A stretch of DNA of 64,000 nucleotides from an uncultured Alphaproteobacteria bacterium (GTDB lineage Bacteria; Bacteroidota; Ignavibacteria; OLB7), in NCBI GenBank assembly GCA_964462535.1, contig CAYWXV010000003.1:65193-129192 (forward strand), in the 5' to 3' direction. Below, one piece after another: positions 1 through 9,568 of this stretch. Under the pieces are notes generated by a model that worked only from the letters and a program-made list of their open reading frames with translations, made no database searches and had not been told where the DNA came from. Within the stretch, counting starts at the first letter, position 1. The number at the start of each line of letters is the position of its first letter. A program made the translations under genes and the position numbers.

Positions 1-348
1 ATACGCGCGCATTACGAGAATCAGCGATCGTTCTCGATAGATGACCTGATCGTCGACGAACTCGATCCGCAGCTGCGAGAACTTGCGACCATGGTGGCAA
101 TCGATCGGGAGTCGATTTCGGAATTCTGGAAACGGATCGACCCGACACTCCTTACACCGAATCCATGGAAGATCGCCCGCGACTGTCTTGTGAAGATTGA
201 GCACGCGAGTGTCGATCGGGAGATCCGAGGGATTCAACAACGGCTCGGCGAGGCGGACATAGGCGAAGAGGAGGAGCGGGTCATGCTGGAACGCTTCAGG
301 GAGCTGCGTACGCGGGCCGAGGACCTCAAACAGCTTGTTTCCGGGTGA
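1..348 (+). CDS. 3' end of a gene that starts upstream of the window; product unassigned
   Basis: Frame 1 is open from base 1 to the stop at 346-348, so the listed 91..348 ORF is only the tail. No family motif recognised in the visible 115 aa. Confidence 0.45.
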   Translation: MRAHYENQRSFSIDDLIVDELDPQLRELATMVAIDRESISEFWKRIDPTLLTPNPWKIARDCLVKIEHASVDREIRGIQQRLGEADIGEEEERVMLERFRELRTRAEDLKQLVSG

Positions 349-396
349 ATATTCTCGGTGAAATCTTCGTCGTTCCCCGACGTCTACGTGACACAT

Positions 397-2424
397 ATGA
401 TGTATAGAGGCACACGCACGGCAGGACAGATGATAGCAGTGATACTGCTCGCTTCGCTTGCCGCTTCCTGTTCCCCATTCAGGAACTTCACCACCTACTT
501 CAATCTCTTCTACAACATGGAGAGGATTATGGAGGAGGTTGAGGACGAGCTGCTCTATACGAGGGAACAGAAGACGCCCGAGCCGGTCTTCGTGATCCCG
601 TATGACGATCTGGGGATGAAGGGAGCGACGTTCTACGATCACCTGGAGCGACGCTCGATGACGGCCGACGAGTCCCGAGCCAACAAGCAGAAGCTCGATT
701 CCATCAACCTTAAAGGATCGAAGCTCCTCGCGTTCAAGAATCGAAGCGACTACGTCGATGATGCCCTCTACTACATGGGGAAGGCGTACTTCTACGAACG
801 TGAGTGGTTCCTCTCGCAGAAGAAGTGCGACGAGATGATCGCCAACTTTCCCGAGAGCCCTTGGCTACCTGATGCGCATCTGCTTGCAGCGATGGATCTG
901 ATGCACATGGGGAACGCCGATCAGGCGGCGACAATGTTGTCAAGAACGATCGACATCGCCTGGGCGCACAAGCGTGGTGATGTTCTGACCGAAGCATTCC
1001 GCCTGAATGCGGACCTGGCTCTCTCCGCAGGCGATATGGATGGCGCGTTGCGCCCCTATTACCGAGCCATGGTATTCGGCGATGACGACGAAGCGCGTGC
1101 GACGTGGCAGTTTGAGATAGGGATGATCTTCTTTCGACAGGGGGAGTTTGAGACGGCCCTGAATCGGTTCGACAGCGTTGATGCCTACACTCCGGATATC
1201 CTCACGCAGTTCGAGACCGGAATGCAGCGCGCGGCAGCGCTCCGCGCGCTTGGGCAGTACGATCGCGCCGCGGTTGTGCTGGATGACCTGGAGGACAACG
1301 GGAACTTCGAACCCTGGTGGGGAATGGTGGCAATGGAGCGGCTGAATATCACCGCCATGCGTGACGGAGGGGAAGCCCTCAGCGACAGCGCAATCGCCGG
1401 CGTTGACAGCGTTCCTGGAGGTAAGGGATACTCTGCTTACGTCGTCTACGAGCGTGGTGTGAGGGCATTCAAGGCTGGCGAGTACAAGACGGCAATGCAG
1501 AATTTTGCTCGTGCGCAGATGGCCAACGCCCCATTTCAGAGGCGAGCCAGGACGTACGCTCTCTACCTTACGCAGTACTTCGATCAGACCGGAAAGGCTT
1601 TCACGTACCACGGTCCGATGGGGCCGAAGAGTTTCACGGATTCAATCCGCCTGCTGGTCGCCGACTGCTACTACAACACGGCAAGGATCTTTGTCAATCT
1701 GGATGTCGTCGACTCAATCGATCGGTACTACGTGCTGTCGAATGAGTGGGCGCCGGTGGGGACAATTGTTGCTGCCCGTTCGATCTATGCCCTCAGCGTA
1801 AGAGCGCGCGAATTGGGACGCAAGTCCGAATCTGATTCCCTGCTGGAAGTGCTGATCAACGATCCGGACTACAGTCTGACGGAGTATGCGGCCGAAGGGC
1901 GGCGCCGACTGGGGTATACGGAGAACGCCAAGATCGATCCGGCCGAGGAGCTGTACGTATCGGGCAAACAGTTCGCGAAGGTGGGCGACAACCCCAGGGC
2001 GATTTCGCAGTTCGTCCGTGTTGTTGAGACATACCCGACGTCGGCCTATTCCCCGCTCTCGTTGTATGCCATCGGACTTCTGTTTGAGGGCCCACTTGAT
2101 AACGCGGACAGCGCATATTTCTACTACACCAGACTCGTGCAGTACTATCCGTCGACAGAGCAGGCGAGCGAGGTGAAGCCACTCATCGAGGCCTATAATG
2201 TCAAGCGGATGCAACAGCCGCGCGAACTCAACATGAACGGTTCCGACAGCAGTCGTCCTCGTGGTGATCTACTCCCACTTGACGGTGACCGTCCGGCCCC
2301 TCTCGACATGGGCGCGAACCCGGACCGTGTAGAGGCTCCGTCGACAGACCGACCAGAATCCGAGCCGGTCCTTCGGCCCCCCACGCAACCACCCCCGCAA
2401 GATCCGCGCAAGCCCAACCAGTGA
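397..2424 (+). CDS. TPR-repeat lipoprotein with Pro-rich C-terminal tail
   Basis: ATG at 397 (the track start at 358 is GTG). N-terminus MMYRGTRTAGQMIAVILLASLAASC has signal-peptide/lipobox character. Repeated TPR-like helical pairs. Last ~70 aa are Pro/Gln/Asp-rich low complexity. Confidence 0.65.
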   Translation: MMYRGTRTAGQMIAVILLASLAASCSPFRNFTTYFNLFYNMERIMEEVEDELLYTREQKTPEPVFVIPYDDLGMKGATFYDHLERRSMTADESRANKQKLDSINLKGSKLLAFKNRSDYVDDALYYMGKAYFYEREWFLSQKKCDEMIANFPESPWLPDAHLLAAMDLMHMGNADQAATMLSRTIDIAWAHKRGDVLTEAFRLNADLALSAGDMDGALRPYYRAMVFGDDDEARATWQFEIGMIFFRQGEFETALNRFDSVDAYTPDILTQFETGMQRAAALRALGQYDRAAVVLDDLEDNGNFEPWWGMVAMERLNITAMRDGGEALSDSAIAGVDSVPGGKGYSAYVVYERGVRAFKAGEYKTAMQNFARAQMANAPFQRRARTYALYLTQYFDQTGKAFTYHGPMGPKSFTDSIRLLVADCYYNTARIFVNLDVVDSIDRYYVLSNEWAPVGTIVAARSIYALSVRARELGRKSESDSLLEVLINDPDYSLTEYAAEGRRRLGYTENAKIDPAEELYVSGKQFAKVGDNPRAISQFVRVVETYPTSAYSPLSLYAIGLLFEGPLDNADSAYFYYTRLVQYYPSTEQASEVKPLIEAYNVKRMQQPRELNMNGSDSSRPRGDLLPLDGDRPAPLDMGANPDRVEAPSTDRPESEPVLRPPTQPPPQDPRKPNQ

Positions 2425-2479
2425 GGGTGAATCACCCAATTACTTTCGGACGGGACCGTGGCGTGGTAAATTGGGCGCC

Positions 2480-3268
2480 ATGTATTTGGAGTCTGCGCCA
2501 GTTCATCGCCGCGACGAGGTCGCCGAAGGTATCTTCGTACTCTCTTTCGTGTCAGAGAGAATAGCGGAATCGGTCCGACCCGGGCAGTTTCTCAACATCC
2601 GACCCCATTCGTTGTACGATCCGTTCCTCAGAAGGGCCTATAGCGTGCACAGAGTTCTGGGGGACGTCGTCGAGATCATCTTCAATGTTGTGGGGCGTGG
2701 TTCAGCGATGCTTGCCGCCAAGTCGACGGGAGACTCGCTTGACGTTCTCGGACCACTGGGCGTTCCGTTCCACACCGATGGTGATTTCTCTTCGGCGGTC
2801 CTTGTTTCAGGTGGAGTCGGGATTGCGCCAATGCCCATTCTGGCCACCCACCTGGTGAAGCGAGGCATCAAGGTCACGAATGTGCATGGGGCCAGATCGG
2901 CCGGGCAGGTCGTCAATGACGGCCGATTGGTCAACGCAGTCTTTGCGACGGACGACGGATCGTATGGCTTCCATGGCAACGTGATTCAGGCCCTGGATGA
3001 CACACTCAATTCACTCCCGGTGGAGTCGACCAGACTGTTCGCATGCGGCCCCAATCGGATGTTGTCGGCTCTTGGCGAGTACGCAACGCAACGCGGGCTA
3101 CCGCTGGAGGTATCCCTTGAGTGCCAGATGGCATGCGGTGTTGGCATCTGCCAGGGCTGTCCGGTTGAGATGGCGAGGGGGGACCGCCGATACTCGCTGG
3201 TCTGTACGCATGGTCCGAACTATGACTTTGCCGACATCCTGTTGGAATCCATACCCGATGTACACTAG
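2480..3268 (+). CDS. pyrK: dihydroorotate dehydrogenase electron-transfer subunit (PyrK-type FAD/NAD-binding ferredoxin reductase-like protein with 2Fe-2S)
   Basis: RRAYSV flavin motif, GGVGIAP NAD-binding motif, C-terminal CQMACGVGICQGC...C cluster, and a position immediately upstream of pyrD. Confidence 0.8.
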   Translation: MYLESAPVHRRDEVAEGIFVLSFVSERIAESVRPGQFLNIRPHSLYDPFLRRAYSVHRVLGDVVEIIFNVVGRGSAMLAAKSTGDSLDVLGPLGVPFHTDGDFSSAVLVSGGVGIAPMPILATHLVKRGIKVTNVHGARSAGQVVNDGRLVNAVFATDDGSYGFHGNVIQALDDTLNSLPVESTRLFACGPNRMLSALGEYATQRGLPLEVSLECQMACGVGICQGCPVEMARGDRRYSLVCTHGPNYDFADILLESIPDVH

Positions 3269-3297
3269 AATTCGCGGCTGAACCGGAAATCCTGCAA

Positions 3298-4242
3298 ATG
3301 CCCTCCACGGAAGTTCGAATCAAGGATGTCGTATTCAAGAACCCTGTGCTTACAGCGTCGGGCACCTTTGGCTATGGACTGGAGTGCGGGTCATTTGTTG
3401 ATGTGTCGCGACTCGGCGCCGTAGTCACAAAGAGCATCAGCCGCAAGCCGCGCGATGGGAATCCGCCACAGCGCATCGCGGAAGCAACGGGAGGGATGCT
3501 GAATTCGATTGGGCTCGCCAATGTCGGAGTCGATGTATTCCTTGCAGAGAAGCTCCCGGCTCTCGTGGAGGCCGGCGCTACGACCATCGTAAATATTGCC
3601 GCCAGTTCGGTCGATGAGTACTGCTACGTGTTGGAGCGGTGTGACGAGCACGAGGGAATTGCGGGGTACGAAATCAACGTCAGTTGTCCGAATGTGAAGG
3701 ACGGCGGACTGAGCTTTGGCACCGACTGTCCATCAGTCGCGTTGATTACGCGCGAACTCCGATCAAGAACACGTCGTCTGCTCGCTATCAAGCTGACCCC
3801 GAACGTTACCTCCATCGGTGAATTCGCAAAGGCGTGTGAAGGGGAGGGGGCCGATGCGGTGTCATGCGTCAACACGTTCGTCGGAATGTCTGTCGACATT
3901 CGGACACGACGCCCGCGCATTGCGACGATCACAGGCGGCTATTCCGGTCCGGCCATCAAGCCAATGGCGCTGGCCAAAGTCTTTGAGGTGCGAAAGGCCG
4001 TCTCCATTCCGATTATTGGAATCGGTGGGATCATGTCGGCCGAGGACGCGATCGAGTTCATGATCGTGGGAGCGTCACTTGTCCAGGTTGGAACCGCACT
4101 GTTCATCGATCCAGCGGTCGGTCTCTCCATTGCCGACGGCATTTCTGCCTACCTCGACGCGGCAGGTGTCGACGATGTCAATCAGATCATCGGATCGATG
4201 GACACATCGATGACACCAAGCCTGGTCGCTGCGGGCTGGTAG
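3298..4242 (+). CDS. pyrD: dihydroorotate dehydrogenase catalytic subunit, class 1B
   Basis: NPVLTASGTFGYG, GLANVGV and NVSCPNV motifs, TIM-barrel FMN fold, 314 aa, adjacent to pyrK. Confidence 0.85.
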   Translation: MPSTEVRIKDVVFKNPVLTASGTFGYGLECGSFVDVSRLGAVVTKSISRKPRDGNPPQRIAEATGGMLNSIGLANVGVDVFLAEKLPALVEAGATTIVNIAASSVDEYCYVLERCDEHEGIAGYEINVSCPNVKDGGLSFGTDCPSVALITRELRSRTRRLLAIKLTPNVTSIGEFAKACEGEGADAVSCVNTFVGMSVDIRTRRPRIATITGGYSGPAIKPMALAKVFEVRKAVSIPIIGIGGIMSAEDAIEFMIVGASLVQVGTALFIDPAVGLSIADGISAYLDAAGVDDVNQIIGSMDTSMTPSLVAAGW

Positions 4243-4330
4243 ATAGCGTCTCCTACCGAGCCCGTCTCGCGGATGCGTCCCCACACGTGTTTCCACTGCA
4301 CGCCTTAACCCTACCATACACAACCACATC

Positions 4331-6610
4331 ATGCTCAACATTCGTCGCGTCGACCCTTCCGTAGCTTCGGACGCCGCTTCGCATGGGTCCTTGTCCCCCA
4401 TCGATTCGTCGTTCCTCAGCGATCTCAACGGGGTGCAGCGGGAGGCCGTAACGACGACCGACGGTCCCGTGATGATTGTTGCGGGCGCTGGCAGCGGCAA
4501 GACGCGAGTATTGACGTATCGCATTGCGTATCTGCTCGCACAGGGCGTGCCCCCATGGAGCATTCTAGCGCTCACGTTTACAAATAAGGCTGCAGGTGAA
4601 ATGAAGGAGCGGGTCGCTGCACTGGTTGGCGAAACGCGTGCGCATGATTTGTGGATGGGGACGTTCCATTCTGTTTTCAGCAGGATACTCCGCCGGGAGG
4701 CAGAGGCCCTTGGCTTCACCAAGAGCTTCACGATCTACGATACTGACGACTCGGTCGCCCTTGTCCGCGCAGCCATGGCCGAGTTCGGGATCTCCCCACA
4801 GGACTACTCCCCGAAAATGATCCATCATCGGATCTCCACAGCGAAGAATGCCCTGGTCAACCCGGTCGCATATCGGTCGCAGGCCTCCAACGCCCTCGAA
4901 GAACGAATCGCCCTCCTGTACGAGAACTACGAGAGGAAACTGAGAGCATCCAACGCCATGGATTTCGACGACCTTCTTGTAAGGACAATCGAGTTGTTCG
5001 AGAAGAACGGCGATACGGCAAGACGGTACAGGGAGCGATTCCGGTACATCATGATCGACGAATACCAGGACACGAATAGAGCGCAATACATGGTTGTTCG
5101 GGAACTGGCGCGAGGGCGCGGCAACATCTGTGTCGTTGGAGACGACGCCCAGTCGATCTACGGCTTTCGGGGGGCGGACATACGAAACATGCTCGACTTC
5201 GAGAGAGATTATTCGGAGCATCGCACCTTCCGACTTGAACAGAACTACCGATCGACTAAGCGAATACTCGCTGCGGCTGAAGGGGTCATCAAGAACAACA
5301 GCAACAGAATCGACAAGACACTCTGGACGGACAACCAGCAGGGGGAACCGGTCGGTGTGGTTACGACACGCGACGAGCGGGAGGAAGGGGAGGAGGTGCT
5401 TCGGATCGTCCGACACCACGTCGACAACCAGGTGTCTCTGAACGAGGTTGCCGTCCTCTATCGTACGAACTCGCAGTCATTGTCGATCGAGGATGCACTT
5501 CGACGAGCCAATGTGCCATACGGACTCGTTGGCGGAGTATCGTTCTATCGCAGGAAGGAAGTCAAAGACGCGATGGCGTACCTCCGCCTGGCCGTTAACC
5601 CCCGTGATGATGAGGCGTTCGCACGAGCGGTGAATACACCGGCGCGCGGCATTGGGGAAACGTCGATGAAGAGACTCCGGCACTACGCGGAGCGCGAGGG
5701 AATGCCGCTCGCCGCCGCAGCTCGCGTGCCAGAACGTATCGACGGACTGACTCCGCGTGTGGGGAACGCGCTTGGCAGATTCATCGAGGTGATCGACTCA
5801 GCGAACGTGGAGTCTGAGGATCGAAAGGCCTCTGACATCGCACGGGACCTCTTGAGTCGGTCTGGACTGATGGAGGCCTATCGATCTGAAGGGACCCCGG
5901 AGGCCGTGGCGCGTTGGGATAATGTTCAGAGGGTCCTCTCGCACATTGCAGAGTGGGAGGAAGGGCGTGACGACGTCGGATTGGACGAGTACCTCCAGGA
6001 AACGTCGCTTGTCGCCGACGTCGATAGCTACGATCCTGAGGCGGAGCGGGTCACTCTTATGACGGTACACTCGGCGAAGGGACTCGAATTCGACGTCGTA
6101 ATCGTGGTTGGCTTGGAGGAAGGTCTCTTCCCAATTGGAAGCGCCGCTCAGGATCAGGATGATCTGGAGGAGGAGCGACGACTATTTTATGTCGCTGTGA
6201 CGCGAGCCCGCAAGAAGCTCTACTTGACGAACTGCGAGCGCCGCTATCGCTTTGGTGAGCTGAGCTACCCGACGCCATCGCGGTTCCTAAACGAAATTGA
6301 CGATGAACATCTCGAGTATGCGTCAACCGCGTTGCGGCCGTCCAACGTGCACCGGGCACCTGGGAACGTCTCGATTCGAAGGGAACGCCCCCCCCGCCCA
6401 GCAACGACGATTGATGATATACCGCAGGATGACTATTCACAGGTGGCAGCAGAACTTCGCGCGGGTGCGACGGTCGTCCACCCGACGTTTGGACAAGGGC
6501 GCGTGGAGGCGATCGGGGGCTCCGGCGAAAGGACGACATTGACGGTGCGCTTCGATCGCGTTGGAAGAAAGCAGTTGATGCTGAAGTTTGCGAACTTGAA
6601 GGTCGTCTAA
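4331..6610 (+). CDS. uvrD: ATP-dependent DNA helicase UvrD/PcrA family
   Basis: Walker A AGAGSGKTRVLTYRIAYLL, DEYQDTN helicase motif II, VHSAKGLEFDVV and RRLFYVAVTRARKKL C-terminal motifs. 759 aa. Confidence 0.9.
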   Translation: MLNIRRVDPSVASDAASHGSLSPIDSSFLSDLNGVQREAVTTTDGPVMIVAGAGSGKTRVLTYRIAYLLAQGVPPWSILALTFTNKAAGEMKERVAALVGETRAHDLWMGTFHSVFSRILRREAEALGFTKSFTIYDTDDSVALVRAAMAEFGISPQDYSPKMIHHRISTAKNALVNPVAYRSQASNALEERIALLYENYERKLRASNAMDFDDLLVRTIELFEKNGDTARRYRERFRYIMIDEYQDTNRAQYMVVRELARGRGNICVVGDDAQSIYGFRGADIRNMLDFERDYSEHRTFRLEQNYRSTKRILAAAEGVIKNNSNRIDKTLWTDNQQGEPVGVVTTRDEREEGEEVLRIVRHHVDNQVSLNEVAVLYRTNSQSLSIEDALRRANVPYGLVGGVSFYRRKEVKDAMAYLRLAVNPRDDEAFARAVNTPARGIGETSMKRLRHYAEREGMPLAAAARVPERIDGLTPRVGNALGRFIEVIDSANVESEDRKASDIARDLLSRSGLMEAYRSEGTPEAVARWDNVQRVLSHIAEWEEGRDDVGLDEYLQETSLVADVDSYDPEAERVTLMTVHSAKGLEFDVVIVVGLEEGLFPIGSAAQDQDDLEEERRLFYVAVTRARKKLYLTNCERRYRFGELSYPTPSRFLNEIDDEHLEYASTALRPSNVHRAPGNVSIRRERPPRPATTIDDIPQDDYSQVAAELRAGATVVHPTFGQGRVEAIGGSGERTTLTVRFDRVGRKQLMLKFANLKVV

Positions 6611-7224
6611 GTCGAGAGTTCTGGGTCGCCGATTTCACCTGACGAGCGGGTGCGCGATCGCCGTTCGTGCGCGAGATATCGAGGAACGAAGCGTCTAGCG
6701 TAGGGCTGCTCCGTCACCCTGTTTTCGGTGCAGGTGTGACCAAGGGTTGCATTTCCTAACGGTGCGCAATATCTTGCGACGCAGAACACATCGTGGCCGA
6801 CGGTCTCATATCCCCCGGCTCTCACCCTCATCACTGTGCTACCGTGATGCTGAGCAGGGGACAGGGTGGGACGGGCGGCCATCTCTCTCAATAAACGCCG
6901 TGTGCACTGGCGAATCGTTCAGGACGAGCCAGCGCTCGGTGGAAACGAGACGCCACGACCGTTTGAACCAACTCTAATACGTGCCGGGTCTCGATGAATC
7001 GGCGAGATTTTTCTTGCTCAGTAGAGTCCCGTCCTTGTAATATCGTTGCGGCCCACATGACCACCTCCGAGTTTATGGAGGACGGTGCATGTATATTGTC
7101 GTGTTGACTAACCGCAGTGATAGCGGCCTATTGCGCCGTTCTCTCCACATCCTCACATAGCGATACGTAGCCCTGTTCACGTTCGCGACCGCTTTCCACA
7201 CATTCTCTGTTACGTCCTGGTCTT

Positions 7225-7231
7225 AGGGAGG
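7225..7231 (+). promoter_or_regulatory. Shine-Dalgarno-like AGGGAGG 8 nt upstream of the ATG at 7239
   Basis: Sequence tcttAGGGAGGcctaaccATG. Most other genes in the window lack such a strong SD. Confidence 0.5.
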
Positions 7232-7238
7232 CCTAACC

Positions 7239-9194
7239 ATGTCCAAAGGCGGAGCTGGCAAGGTATACTTCGTTCTCTACCTCGCCGTTATCCTCGAACT
7301 GCTCATCATCTTCATCGAACGCGATGAGGCTGAAGAGAGCTTGCGGCGTCAGCAGCGACAGGCGTTGGAGATTGTCCAGACGATCCTCGCCCAGCTGACC
7401 ACTGGATCGGGTGCGACCGGAATCACGGCGACCCCGAAAGACAACATCACGATCAACGAGGAGAAGCCGGGGGAAAACGTCCGGAACTACGACGTCACCG
7501 TTGCAGTCGGTGACCCGAAGGTCGTCTATGAAGTCCGTGGACAGCGAATCAAGGGGGATGATGTTGCGAAGCTGGAATACGTTGTCTCGCACATCGGGAA
7601 CTCCGGCCTTCTTGAAGAAGAGCTTGGCGTTGACTCGGTTGACATAGAGAATGGTGAAGTGATTTTCAAGGCGGAGTTAGGCACACTTGTCAATCCGGCG
7701 AATCCGTATCTCCAACCACGGCAGACCTACGGGGCTGCGGTTCCGGCGGAAAACACGGAGACATACTTCCAGTTGAACGAGGTGAAGACCAACGAGCAGC
7801 TGGCGCGTGGTCGGCGTATCAAGGTCTTCAGTGTCAACTTCAAGCCGAACCGAGGTGAAGGCTGGTACCGACTGCGCTTCCAGTCAGAGACAAACAAGAT
7901 CCTGGGTGTGACGGCAGAGCCCAAGTCCACGGACACGGTCCGGATTGGAAATATCAAGCTCGCTGTGGCGCAGCTGAAGCAGGTGCAGAAGGTGCTGAAG
8001 AAGTCGGGAACCAAGGACACGACGACGGCGAACAAGGTGCTGAAGTATATCGAGACTCTTCTCACGCCGGATGCGTACCGAAATCTGCCGGAGAACAAGG
8101 GCTTCACATCGTTCAACGTTCGCGTCGTCCGCCCGCCAGCACAGAAGCCTCAAGAACCATACATCTCGATCGAGGTCCAGGGGGACACGATCAAGTGGCT
8201 GGAGGGTGCTCCTCTCAGTTTCCGCGTGCGCGGTGGACCGTTGGATGGCGGGGTGGTCCAGGTGCCGGGATACGCCCTTTCGAAGGCAAACTTCGCGGGC
8301 GCATCCCCCGACCTCTATGATGCTACCTTAAGCAACCCGCAGTCCACGGATGGGAACGCGACGTCGATCATCGCTCGGGCGATGAACAAGCAGGGGAAGA
8401 AGGCTGAGACCGAGAAGTTCCTTCAGGTGGACAAGATTCAGTACAAGGGGCAGGACAAGGGATTTAGCCGTTGGCGTGCCCTTCGAGCAACAATTGGGTC
8501 CAGATATGACCCGTCCAGTGATTGGGACATGATTGCCATTCGGCCGGAGCACTATCAGACGGTCGTCACGTTCAACGGAAAGACCGTGTTCAATAGACCC
8601 GGCTACAGTTTTAAGTCACTCGGCCCTCAGGAAACAAAGGAACTGACCGTTGCTGAATCCGTGACGAAGATCGTGACAACGGTCTACTGGCGTCCCAACG
8701 GAACGCCGGACCCAAGCCAGTGGGTGCCGCTTGCCTCAACGTCCGCCGGTGACTTGGCGTCCCCGGAAACCGGACCAGCGGGGGGTGGCAGAACACCTCC
8801 GCCAAACCTTGTCGGCGGCGGCGTCAGAATCAGCTACCCCGGTCCTATTCAGGAGGGTGGCTACGAATGCGTCTGGTCGATCAAGAGTCCGGCCGATCTA
8901 ACGTTCGAATGTCCAGAGACCATGAAGTTCTATTCGTTGGTGTCCGGGCGCGAATACGGAGCGCAGGCAGAACTGGTACAGTGCAACGAGTGCGAGGCTC
9001 TCGGGATTCGAGCGACGTTAACGCAGGTTGATGAATTCCTGTGGAAGATCGTCCTTACCGGCAACCTCGAGAAGATCGTTGCCAATCAAAGAGAGCTCAT
9101 AGGCAAACGCCTCGACTTCCCAATCAACCTTAAAGGCAAGGGTGGTGCCGACGGTGTAGGCGGCGTCGCAGTAGTAGTGAAGTTTGGCGGCTAG
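7239..9194 (+). CDS. bitopic membrane protein (N-in single TM, large periplasmic region), function unknown; first gene of envelope locus
   Basis: ATG preceded by a strong SD. Lys-rich N-terminus then hydrophobic VYFVLYLAVILELLIIFI. A helical charged segment, then ~500 aa of beta-rich sequence. C-terminal Cys cluster (ECVWS..FECPE..QCNEC) and a Gly-rich tail. No recognised family. Confidence 0.7.
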   Translation: MSKGGAGKVYFVLYLAVILELLIIFIERDEAEESLRRQQRQALEIVQTILAQLTTGSGATGITATPKDNITINEEKPGENVRNYDVTVAVGDPKVVYEVRGQRIKGDDVAKLEYVVSHIGNSGLLEEELGVDSVDIENGEVIFKAELGTLVNPANPYLQPRQTYGAAVPAENTETYFQLNEVKTNEQLARGRRIKVFSVNFKPNRGEGWYRLRFQSETNKILGVTAEPKSTDTVRIGNIKLAVAQLKQVQKVLKKSGTKDTTTANKVLKYIETLLTPDAYRNLPENKGFTSFNVRVVRPPAQKPQEPYISIEVQGDTIKWLEGAPLSFRVRGGPLDGGVVQVPGYALSKANFAGASPDLYDATLSNPQSTDGNATSIIARAMNKQGKKAETEKFLQVDKIQYKGQDKGFSRWRALRATIGSRYDPSSDWDMIAIRPEHYQTVVTFNGKTVFNRPGYSFKSLGPQETKELTVAESVTKIVTTVYWRPNGTPDPSQWVPLASTSAGDLASPETGPAGGGRTPPPNLVGGGVRISYPGPIQEGGYECVWSIKSPADLTFECPETMKFYSLVSGREYGAQAELVQCNECEALGIRATLTQVDEFLWKIVLTGNLEKIVANQRELIGKRLDFPINLKGKGGADGVGGVAVVVKFGG

Positions 9195-9568
9195 CCCGAG
9201 CACGGGCTTGATTGGCACGCACCGAAGTCAGAAGAGACGGCCGCGACGGTCCACGGATCGTCGCGGCAACGTCGGTTCGATAGGGGGCCGAGAGGAAATC
9301 ATCAGCGCGCATTTTCTGAGCGCCATTTGGCATTCGCCGGAAGGCGTCGGGCGACGAATTCAAAAGGTGGCGCGAACACGGGCAGCCCCCCTGTTGTTTG
9401 GGTAGTAGGTTCCGCAGTCATAGCGGAATGACATCGATAAATCGCTGACCGATTCGGCGAAAGATCCGTTTGACCGATACCTGCCTAGCGCAGTGCGTAC
9501 GTCCGGTCGTCCCGGCGGCGCCATGGAGACGAGGATATCGTGAACGTTTTCATAAACCTGGAAAGCAC

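Noticed and set aside
358-396. Track-reported starts using GTG/TTG upstream of in-frame ATGs (e.g. 358, 2471, 16762, 19001, 35902, 46370, 16712, 33125, 46319)
   Set aside because: In each case a downstream ATG gives a better N-terminus (signal peptide, conserved motif or SD). Upstream extensions were trimmed in the feature table. Exact starts remain uncertain without homologue alignment.
940-1611. 223-aa ORF antisense to the TPR lipoprotein gene, and several similar 60-170-aa ORFs across 734..2435
   Set aside because: Overlapped by a continuous 2-kb coding frame with TPR periodicity. Arg/Pro/Ser-rich shadow ORFs.
6611-7238. Possible tmRNA, RNase P, SRP RNA or riboswitch in the long leader
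   Set aside because: I could not find the conserved cores by eye (no GGUUCGA T-arm plus CCA end; no AGGAAAGUCC; no AGGUCCGGAAGGAAGCAGC; no GEMM-like motifs). Only an Rfam scan can decide.
7239-9194. Calling the first locus gene gldM/porM
   Set aside because: Only gross topology and a faint N-terminal resemblance (YLAV...hydrophobic TM). No GldL/PorL-like gene upstream and no GldN-like gene downstream. Kept as a hypothesis, not a call.
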